Below the pieces are notes generated by a model, which searched no databases, was not told where the DNA came from, and was given only the letters and a program-made list of their open reading frames with translations. The translations under genes were made by a program, and so were the position numbers. 64,000 nucleotides of DNA from a virus: IMG/VR virus record IMGVR_UViG_3300037805_000894; one strand, written 5' to 3'. The first letter of the stretch is position 1, and each line of letters starts with the position of its first letter. Of this stretch, positions 37,101-49,100 are shown one piece after another.

Positions 37101-40100
37101 CTTTTTCGACAGAGCTCGCTTATACATATACAGGCTTAACAGAGCTAAATACAGCTGATCCGAGCATCTTAGCAATACACCCAGGAACAGCACAACCAAC
37201 ATCTGACGGTTGGTTTACTAGCACAGGTTTAGTTAAAAATACAACCAACACAGAAGCAGATGATATCGTTTACAATGGCATAGACTTTACTTTTGCGAAT
37301 GCAGTAGCTACACACCGTACGGATTTGTTTGATTCAAAAGGGGCTTTAGTATACATAGCTGATGGATATGATTCGATCGCTGATGCGTTTAATACAGCAA
37401 GCGCGTACACACATACCTCCTCATCTAAAGGGGGAGTTGCGCATATTAATTGCCATAACCTCCTTCATACTTCTTCTTTCACATATTACTATGCAATAGA
37501 TCAAGCTTCTCTTTCTATATCAGACGAGATAGTAGGTACCGAATTTGAGCCTATTGGTTCATATGGAATGACTCAATGGGGCTTAGGCCCAGAAGAGTCC
37601 ATTGATGCAGGCTTTGCTGTCCCAGGCGTGTCTAATGTGCCTTGGGGTTTGTTTAGTAATGATTATGTGAGAGGTCAGAATGCTATAACTAAAACCAATC
37701 TCATTGGTAAGCCTAAGGTAAGCATAAGAGCTATAAAAAACAATGTTAGTTTTACGAGAATCGATTCTCCTATATCTACTATCATTAGGGGACCTGTAGG
37801 CTCTGTTAGAGATGTAATTGAAGGTAATGAGATAAATGCTTCTTTTGACAGCACATCTAATATTATATCGCCAGATAACGCTGTAGAGACAGTCATGCCT
37901 CTGGTGTTCAATCATAACCCTGGTACAACTCCTACTCACTTTGGCGTAACTACAGTAGGTAATGGCTTACAAGCTAAGGTTGCTTATATAGATAGTTTAA
38001 CCTTATTTTCTAAGGAAGATTCAGCGCTTCCCCAGCAAAATAAGCATGCTAACCAATTTCACGTACAAGTAACTTCTGCTGCTCCTGGTGGAAAAGGTTT
38101 CTCTGCTTTAACGGAGGGTTTATATCAAAAGAGTATATATACAGATAAAACTATAAGCACAGATAGTGCGCGCTGGGGAGATACCTTTAATCACGACTAT
38201 CTTTATAAAGGCTGGCTGTACACATCCTCTGATAGCACTGAGGTCTCTAATGAGTTAGTTGCTGAGTTAACGCAACAACCAGATGGCGCAAATGATAAAC
38301 TCTTTAATGTCTGTGATAGGGCTGCTTTTAGCTTTAATATAACAAGCTACCGTACATTAAAAGAAGGTGAAATCTACTTATTAGAGACACAGAATACTTT
38401 ACGCTCGGAAGCTATCCCTGTCACGATCCCTTACGGCGTTCAGAAAGGTAATAGCACGCTAGATGACTCATTTATTAACGGAAACCTATGGGGTTCAAAA
38501 GAAAGCATTCCTGGTGGATATGTTATAGGACTCAATGCGGTTAAATTTATACAAAAAAATACTATAGAGGCTGTTACAGAAGCGGGCGATATCTTGAAGC
38601 CTAATGTTCATGGCAAGATTAAGCTTAAGAAAAATATAAAACATAAGATACCGCTTACTCTAAAATACAAGCCAGCCTTTACGAATGAAAGTGGCTTTGC
38701 GGAGATAGGTTATATTTATAAGCAAGATAATAAACGCTTGTTGTACAAAAACCCTCATAATTATTATATAACTAGAACAGGTAAAAAACCTGAAATTCGT
38801 TTTGCATCTAGTATGCATTTGAAATCAAAAGTTATAAGTGAGGACAAGCAGAATATCTTAAGAGGCTTGCCGGTAGCCACTTCCAATATTAAAGAAGTAT
38901 GGATATTCGATCCAAAGAAAGGCACTACTGCTTTAATATTAGATTATCAACTCCACGGTGGTTTTATATCCTTCTCTATTGATAGATTAAAAACTGCAGG
39001 TTTTGTAGAAGAAGATAAAGTGTGTGTAGGTGTATTAGATGATAGGCAATACGTTTTTGTCTCTCCTGAGCTGTATAGTCTTGACATAGGCAGCACATCA
39101 CTTTCAGTTAATTACATTTCTGACTTAAACAAAACTTTAGATATAACGTCAGCTAAGCCTGTTATATCTTTACGCCTAACCAAAGAAAGGAAAAATATAG
39201 TAAAGGCAGCTTTAGCCGTGCCTTATGCTATAAAAAGCGCTTTCTTCCCCGATACCATAGTTATCGTTCCTTTTTCTTTTAGCGTTTCTACCGAGAAGCA
39301 TAATGGCCTGGATTATATTGCTTTGCATGTACAGTTAGAAAAACACATCAAAAAAATATTACCTAATAAGAAACAAGTAGGTTTAATATTCACAAAGAAT
39401 ACGGGTGGACATGGTTTTACCAATGCTGGTATTACCATACAAAATAGAAAAACTTCTGTCTCGGAAAAGAGTTTCGGCAAAGAAGATTCAATAACAGAGC
39501 TATTACCTGCGCCCAAACTAGCACCTTCTGTTAAACACTATACTGATGGGGTTACACAGGAACAATGGGCTAATCCAAGAACTGTCAACCATGAGACTAT
39601 TTACTGGTCAAAGCAATTAGAATTTGCTAAGTATTATGATCAGGATACAGAGAAGATGTCGCATATTTTCTCTGAGCAATCAAGTCATTATTTAGGTAGA
39701 CGCATAAGTGGCAAGTATTTCTTGGCTCACCCAGATCTTTTCAATAAGTTCAACGAAGACAACAATCAAACTGCCTTTGACTCATACTTTAGTTTTTACG
39801 GTAATGTATATTTAGATGAAGGTAGTGGAGCTGTTCTGTCTACTACATCCGATATAAGTACGTTAGAGCAAAACCAGCTCTTTAGGACCGAAAATGATTC
39901 TTTTGTTAGATACCTAAAAAGTCAAACTGCACTTACTGGCTTATATGATAATACGGAATGGCAAGAGGCTCACCTACGTCTTAGCTCATTCAGTCCCCTA
40001 GACTTACCAGATACAACCTATGCTTACTTCACAGTTGAGCGTATGGATTATATGTATCCAGGCTTAGAAAGTAGTGATAGTATCGCAGCTTCTGAGCTAG

Positions 40101-43100
40101 AAACACTTAACTTACAAATAATTAATTTAGATGCACAAAATTATACTGGCTCTGATGCACCCACTCCTTCAGTGGATACGCTTTATCAGTACGAATATTT
40201 AGAAGATACTACTGCTACAACTTATTGGGATATACAACCAAAACAATTAAACTCTACGAAAGATCATGTTATACGCATTTCTGGCAAAAACTTACTGGGT
40301 AATCTTAATAGAGCTACAGCCGATATTATCCCCCTGGGTTATGAGGAACCTACTATTCGTTTATACAGTACCGATTCAAGCTCTTACATCACAGCTTCTT
40401 TCAATAAAGGCTTTGGAACTGATTTAACATACTTGGCAGCATCTAGTGATGCGCGTCTATATGCTACATTCAAAATAGAGGATAATGATTGGGCGTTCGA
40501 TGGCTGGGGTGATCTATACATAGAAACCAAATGGAGTATCAATGGCGAAACGCACACATATTCTACTTTAGTAGAGAGCGCTTTGTACGTAACATCTTCG
40601 CCGCAAGTTGAGCTTATAGATGAGCGTATTCAAACGTGTGTACATGATAGCACTACGTTTAGCTATAATACATTTAACTTTGGAACTATAGCACATACGG
40701 AAGCTGTAGCACCAAGTGGGACAGATACTACATTGTTACCAGGTGTAACTTTAAAGATAGCTGAAACAAGCATGAGCTTTACAGAGTCTATTTCGGCTTA
40801 TGTATATCGCATAGACAACTCTGAGATATACTCAGATAAGCTTTTTGTAGATCCTATTCTTGCAGAAGAGAAAGAATTCTCTGGGGTTATGTTCTCGAAA
40901 GACTTAACAAGCGCTACTCCGCTCATAGACTGGGCTGCTTTTGAGCTTCCTGATTTAAGCGGTACTTCATTAACTATCACCTCTAGCTTAAATTTACCTG
41001 AGTACACGCAATATGCTAAGAAGTTATCTGAAAAACGTTTTGATTATGGGCTAGAGTCTTCCATCACTACAAGTTATACAGTTAACGATTTAACCTCTAC
41101 ACTCTCAACGGAAAGAGGCTTGGCTTCATATAGAACACGGGCTCTTTCTTTTGCCCACTATGATATGCCACGGATTATCAGTGTACTAGGTACAGACAAA
41201 AATAATATTGTTAATCTAGATCAAGGTATCCTATCTGGAGAGGCTTTCTTAGCTATCATGTGTGAGTATAATAATAACTCAGTGAGTAAGCTAGGGGATA
41301 TACAAGGTATCAACCTTAGCTTTGGCACAGAGGGTGTGAGCTCTATAAATATCGGTTTTGGTGAAGGTACTTATGGAACACTTACTGTATTAAACGATGG
41401 TATGTATAAAACCATTAAATTCTATCCTAATAATGATTTCAGTTCTTTATTGAATGGGTTTAGAACAGGTGGCTGGATGGATATATCTTTGATAGTGGGG
41501 CACGTATATAACAATGCTCGAGTAACCACCACTGATTATAGAGCCTTGCGTATTGCTTGGACACCATGGGATATAGAAGGCACTTCTGGCACCTCTATCA
41601 ATGCAGCTCCCTCAACTGACGCTGTTATGTATCGTATGCGTATTATGGAGGATTATAATACTAATGAATTACGTATCGGATGGTCTGGGCACTTTGGTAC
41701 ACAAACATACGAGGTATCTCATCAAGAAGCTCTATGTGATGTAGGCTTAGAAGACTCAGCCGCTGATTGGTGGGTTTTTGCTGCTACTGTAGGCTATAGT
41801 CAAGAAGGATATACTGGTAATGGTATGATTAAGCTTTATGGTGCTAGAGAAAAAGACTTAGTGGCTAATTTAGACAACGCTAGAGATCCAGCTGCTTTAG
41901 TCGATAACTCTACCATAGTAAGAGAGACCTTTAGGGGCATGCAGCTCTTGGGAGAGTATGATGTAGGTCCTCAAAATCATATGGGTTTTATTTCTAACGA
42001 AGAGTACAACATACCTGATCCTGAGAATTCCGAGGAGATATTAGAAGCAACAGTAAGTAATTTTAGGTTTCAGGTTGGACGATCTCCTCACCCTAATCAT
42101 TCACGCGATATGATGGGTAATTACTCAGCAACAGCAATGGAGCTTTTGACAGCTTCCTATGTAGATGCCGATATTTCTGATTTAGTTATTTTACCAAAAA
42201 CATATTCTTCACATGAAGATGTAACTAATTTTGCTTTCACACCTAAGCGGCGCTCATGGGAGACATATGGAAATGCTGGGATAACTATGCCCAATTTGAT
42301 ACAAGACGCTTCTTTTGAATGGCTCCGCTTGTCTACAGGTGTGACACACCCCTTTGATGGTGGTTGGTATACAAGTGATACGGAAGCTACTGTCTCAAAC
42401 TCGATAGCTTTTGCTGATAATAAGGCTAGATTGATTCTTCCACCAGAAGCTGGTGCAGGCACATCCGTGAGTCAAGATTTCATCTTGAAGAAGTCCTCCA
42501 CCTACAAGCTTTCTTTTGATCATATATCTTTCAACACTGCAGATACAAATAAAACTGCTGTGTATATTTCACCTTATATGACCATAGAAGGGCGGATAGC
42601 TAGTGATTCTATAAATGTAGATGCAGGCGATGCGCCTATTTACTACAACTTCAATACGTATCGCTGGGATACGGTTGTAAGTAATGCCACAGTATATTAT
42701 GGACCAATACATAAGTGGTGGTTCAATAACGAAGCACTTTTATTCAACGCATTAGATGCTGATATTAGAGCAAGTATTACTATAGGTATGATTCAATCTC
42801 AAGGGGGATATACTGGAAATGGGGTATTAGCCATCGACAATGTTTCTGTCACACCTATGTATGGGCAGCGTCGTGCTATACAAAACAGTAACTTGACAGC
42901 CTTTACTAACGATCCCTCCATTGAAGTGTGGCGGTGGTCTTTAGGGGATGGAGCCTCCGTAGGCTTTATTCCTACTACAGCTGGCTCCAATACAACAATG
43001 GAAAGGCCTATGTCTGGTTATGCCGTATGCACGCTCCCTGAGGCGCTTGCGGCGGACCCGAACGTAGATAAACCTTTTATTGCGCAAGATTTAGAGGCCT

Positions 43101-46100
43101 ACACATTAGAACCTGGATGTGATTATGCGCTTAGTTTTAAAGCGTGGAGTTCGTCTAGCGATGGTTTTGTTACATTTACATTAGAGAATAATAGAACTAA
43201 TGAGTACTTGCAAGCAGACGGCTCATGGGGTATTGCATGGGATGCTATTGAGAAAGACTTAAACCCAAATACTTACACTACGGTCAGCGACGTGGTTGGG
43301 GCTGTAATACGCAGCCAAGTTAACTATACGTACGAGCATATTTTTAATACTAGAGATAGCAAGGTATCAGATAGTTATACACTAACGATAGGCAATAGAG
43401 CTAAAGATAGTGATGTAGATCGCCCAGCTGTTTTATTAGATGATATTCAGCTATATAGGTATAACCAACCTCAAAATTCTTTTGAGAGTGCTGGTTTAGG
43501 TGATAACATTATAATATCAGGTGAAGGAGGCTTAGCACTCCCTCATGATAGCTCGTGGCAATTTAACAAAAAATACTCTGCTGAAACTATTTTTTGTATT
43601 AAGAATACTTTTAGAGACGACTCATTAATAGGCACAATAGCAACAAATGCAAACGCTGATATAGCAGCTACAGTATTGGATTCACGCCTACAAGGGGATA
43701 GTGAACCCTATGTAGAGCTCCTTAATATTGGACATGGCAATAGCTCTAAAGGCATTAGTATATGGGTAGAAGGTGTTGAGGCGGATGGCCTTTTCTCTAA
43801 TAAGTTGTTTGCTTCTATACCAAGAGGCGCAAATAAAATCCAATTTTCTTTCGATGCAGCATTAGATACAGATGGGTGGTATTGGGTTGGCTTATCTAAG
43901 GATTCAGATATCCTAGCTTCTTGCTCTCTTTACAGATGGAATGGATCTAAAGATATACAAGCTTGGGAAGAACTTGAAGTACAGGTTGTTGGTATAGGGG
44001 ATAGCAACTATAGTGCAACGGGAGAGAACTTGCTGAGGAATCCTAATTTTGATGCCAACCAACCCGATGAACACGAAGCATTCCATTGGGTTTTTGGACC
44101 CACCCTTGGCGGGGAAGGGAGGGGGCACGTTATTCTTAATACTACTACACTTATCAGTACAGCACACTTACCTGTTCATGGTGATCTACCTTTAATGCAT
44201 CAAGTGCTTGTTAATCCTACGACACTTACTGCTACTAATGCGCTAACCGCAGAGATTACTTTTAGCGTAGATTCCTCTACTATAGTGGACGGAGAAACCT
44301 GTTTTATATTAGCTATTCAAGGTAATGAAGGAATTACAGGTTTTCATGAAGTTAAATATGACGCCGCTACTATGGCTTATCCCCAAGAGTGTGTATATAA
44401 CGCACCTATTTTTCATACTGGAAGTTTAAATCTTAACAAAGAATATAATGCCACTGTTTTCGCAGTCTTATTAAAAGTAGACCATATAGACACCGGAGAC
44501 CAGATAAAGGATTATAATAGCGCTTTAGTAGATGGCGATGAAGTAACTGTTACGAGTGTTTCCTTGGCTGCGCAGGAAAAAACAATGCCATTTCTTGTGG
44601 CTACTAAAAAAGAGAATGTAAACCACGCTTTAGCAAATGGATCAAGATTTTCCTTTATGATTGAATCTGTAGGAAATGGTATGACCACTCCTACAGCGCC
44701 TTATTCAAATTATTTCACTATATTAGAAGAACCTGGTGAAGCCCCTGAAACTTTTAACTTTGATATTACTTATAACTCGTCTGGTCACTTTTTTGACTTT
44801 GAACTTAAAAATGCATCTGCTACAGACTACGGTAGAACTTTTACAATCCGTACAGAAATAGTGGACACTAATCCCTCTTACAGATTAATGGACGTTAATG
44901 GAAATAAGCTAGAGAAATACGAATATAAGATACGCATAGCTAATGCTGCCCCTGCGGTAGCTTCGGTAATACATACAAGGCCTGTCAACAATGCTGTTGA
45001 TGTAAATCCTGCTGAGGAGTTGATGATCTATGTGGATCACCTGCTAAACGTAAAAGATGTAAACTTGACTACAGTATATATTGAAGATGCCGCCTCGGTT
45101 AAAGTCGATGCTGTAGTTACTTATTATGCCTCCATCGATGCTATAGGCATTACCCCTACAGCGCCTTTAGTTGACAACACTGCTTATACGCTGGTTATGG
45201 ATAGTGTGTGGGACTTTTCAGGAGCAAAGCTACCTACACAAAATTGGGATTTTACAACCGGTACTTACGCAGCGCCTTTTCAGTCCCTCCTGCAGAACGG
45301 GGCTTTTGAGCTTCCCGTAGCTGCTCCTTGGTCTATTACTAACCAGGGTACTGTAATGTTTGATGCGGCAAAACAAAGCAATATAGCGGTCTGTCCTATA
45401 GATACTCAATATGACACTGTAATAGCTTACGCGGCTGGCTCTCATCCAAGGCATACGCTAACAAAAGGACGCTTATATATGGTTAATTTTGACTTAAAAG
45501 TTACCACAAGTATGGCGGAGGGGGATATCTTATTCTTTATAGAATATGGAACAGAGTTTTATCCATACACTGTTACATATAAAAATGCTTATAGTACTTG
45601 GACCAACGTTTCCTTCCCTTTGCCGAGTTATGCAACAGACGGGGAGAGTAAGCTTGTAATTCGTCAGAGAGTTAAAGATTCCGTACCTCCTTACAATACA
45701 GTAAGAGAGTCAGACCTTGTAACTGGGGATGAAATTAGATTAGACAATATACGTATAGATTTTGGTGCTAGCACTCAAGGGCCTCCTGTTATCATGGAAA
45801 GAACAGCTACGATAGACGCACCTATTGCTGATCCTTGCTTTATTGAGTTAAATGAATCTATTATCCAAGCAAGTGAGTATGTACTCACTAAGGATTTTGA
45901 CATGGTTGTACAAGACGGAGGAAGCGTAGTAACTGGAGCCCTTAGTTATGATGATACTACTAAAAGATTAGCATTCACACCTGATCAACTCTTTTCTTAC
46001 GGAACTACGTATAATATAAGGCTAAATTACGTTTCTGGGTCTATTATGAATAAGTTCTTCGTCCCTTTAGAGCCTCAAATCCTTTACTTCAATACGGAAC

Positions 46101-49100
46101 AGAGCCAAGGTGATACTACAGCTCCTACGGTTGAAAGCACCTACCCATCTGATGGCGCTACATTTGTTTATATAAACTCCATAGTTTATTGCGAATTTGA
46201 CGAGGCAATGGATACAGGACTTCTAGACGGAACAACGTTTACTCTAACAAATACAACAACGGGTTTTCCAGTCCCTGCTTCCTTCAGCTGGAATGCCGCG
46301 CAGAACAGAGCAACGCTTACCCCTTCTAGCGATCTGACTCTAGACCATGACTATATAGCCACTTTAGATGCGAGCATAACTGATCTAGCTGGTAATCTTT
46401 TAGACGGTGGTGAGTATACTTGGACGTTTGATACATTAGCAAGTAATGTAGCGCCTTATATTACATCAGTTACTCCGCCTGACGGTTCTCGTGACGTAGC
46501 TCTAGACACTGATGTAATAGTTGTGTTTAGTGAGCATGTAAATGGCGTGGATACCAACTCTCTAGATGTACGTGAACCAGGTGGCACCAAACCAGCACAA
46601 GTCCTAGTTTATGACTCTAATACATTTACAGCTACAATAACTTTTAATGCGGACCTAGACGAAGATTATTTATACTATGTAGAGGCGACAGCTGCTTTAA
46701 TTACAGATAATGAGGGAGCTCCTCTTGTCGGGCAACTTCAAACTTTTTTCGTAACAGAAAAAATAAATACACCTCCAGTACTTGATAGCACCTGGCCTAC
46801 TGACGGTGCGACAGATATTGCTGAAACAGTAACGATCAGAGGTACTTTTAATGAGGCTATAGACCCAGCTAGTGCTACTACCAATAATTTCTTACTAGAG
46901 GATAGTAGTGGAACGCCTATAACAGGTTCTGTAGGTATTTATGCTCAGAATAACGCTCTCGTATATTTCGTACCTGATGTTGCTTTGACAAATGATGAAG
47001 AATATACAGCAACGCTGACTACAGGTATTACAGACTTAGAGGGAGCTCCGCTTGCTAACGCTGAGGTATGGTCTTTTACAATAACCAGTAATAGTCCAGA
47101 TACTACACCGCCTACAGTTGATTCAACCTCTCCTCTTTCAGGAGACATAGATATAGCTAGACGCGATACTCTTGTTGAAGTTACCTTTAGCGAGCCTATT
47201 GATAGAAACACTATAGACCAATATAGCTTCGAAATACTAGATTCTGCTCTTACACCACTTGGGGGAGCTTACTCTTTTACAACTAATGATACAGTAGTTG
47301 TGTTTACTCCTGCGTCTTATAGCCTAGATCCTCTAGAAACCTTTACGGTTACTTTATCTACGGACATAGCAGATATAGCGGGAAACACGCTTGCAGCTCC
47401 TTATAGCTGGTCATTCACAACAGCTGATGTTTCGCCCCCTACGGTAGTTAGTACTAACCCGGCAGATACAGATATTGATATACCTATAGGGACAAGTATT
47501 ACAGCGATCTTTGATGAAGACTTAGATGCCGCTACCGTAACTGGGACAAGTTTTACTTTAGAGACGGGAGGTAATCCAGTAGCCGGGTCGGTTGTGTTTA
47601 ATCATAATACGCTTGAAGCTAGATTTATTCCAGAAAGCTATTTGTCTAATTCAACTCTGTATACAGCAACATTGACAACTGCAATAACAAACTTAGATGG
47701 AGATAATTTAGGCGCAGACGAAGTATGGACCTTTACGACTGTAGCAGCCGGTGGGGGAGACGTTACGCCTCCTGAAGTAACAGGCACTTTCCCCTTTAAT
47801 ACTGCAGTAAACGTAGAACGTACTATAGCAATTACTGCCACTTTTGACGAAGACCTAAGTGCTGCCTCGGTGGATGACGATTCTTTCCTTGTGGAAGTTA
47901 ATGGCACTCCTGTAACAGGTGTTATTGTCTATGATCCTATTACATATACAGCTACATTTACACCAAAGAGTTTATTAAGCGCCTCTTCGATTTATGTTGT
48001 TACATTAACTACAAATATAACTGATGTGGCAGGAAACTCGTTAGTTGAGTATACCTGGGTTTTTACTACGAATAGTACATCTATAGGCCTTCCTAGTCCA
48101 ATACCAGCACAACCTATATCTATAGGAAGTAAAAATAAGACCTTCTTTAAATTTGATGGTATGTATACCACGAGCTCTGAGGGAGGATATATGCCTAATG
48201 AATCAGGTAAATTCATATGGCGATTTGATAACCCAAATTATTGTAATAATACGGGACAGGGAAAAGCAAAAAATACAGTAATAGAGGGGAGTGGTGATTT
48301 AACACTACCAACCGCGTTCTTCGATGAGGATTCTTTATGGGGCAAGTATAGTTTGCGAATACCACGAGAATATATGGATGGCACACCTGCCGCCTATATA
48401 GAGGGAGGACAGGAGATAGCGGAAGTTGACTGGACTAATCTAACGACGCTTGACCTAGCTTCTTCTTTTGTGTGCTTAGACGGAAGTGAGTCTACCCACA
48501 GACATACAAAATTCACTGTAGCGGCGTGGACTAAACTTGATCAGTATAAGAGCTCACCTTATGGTGATTCTAATACTATAATAGCATGTTCGCATTATAA
48601 ATTTCCTACTAGCGCTGCTGAAAGCGCTGCTGCTTATTATGACGATTGGCATTCTTATGATTATGCTGGTGATTGGGGATCTAAGAAATACTTCGGTTTT
48701 AAGAAAGGAGATACAGCTGATCAAGAGGATGCTGGCATAACTGGCTTCGCTTTTTATAATAACCACTATAGTGATGGAAGTGATGAGTCATATTTACCTG
48801 AATTAAAAGTGAATATTTGGGCTCCTAACAGTACACTAGAAAACACAGCTGAAACAGTAATGGGAGTACCTGTTGGTATAAAGCAAGGAGCTACGTTAAG
48901 ATTAATCAGTCAAGGGGTATCTAATGAGCAACATATTACTCATAGCGCTAACGAGTGGTGGCTAACTTTAAATTCTTTCAACATCGAAGGTGGTAAAATA
49001 GAGAATTACACTCTACGTATACCAGAATCCGCAGTAAGAGAGGCGCTTGATAATAACGACGCGACAATATTTGATCTAGAGCATGGTACGGCAGGAAAGC

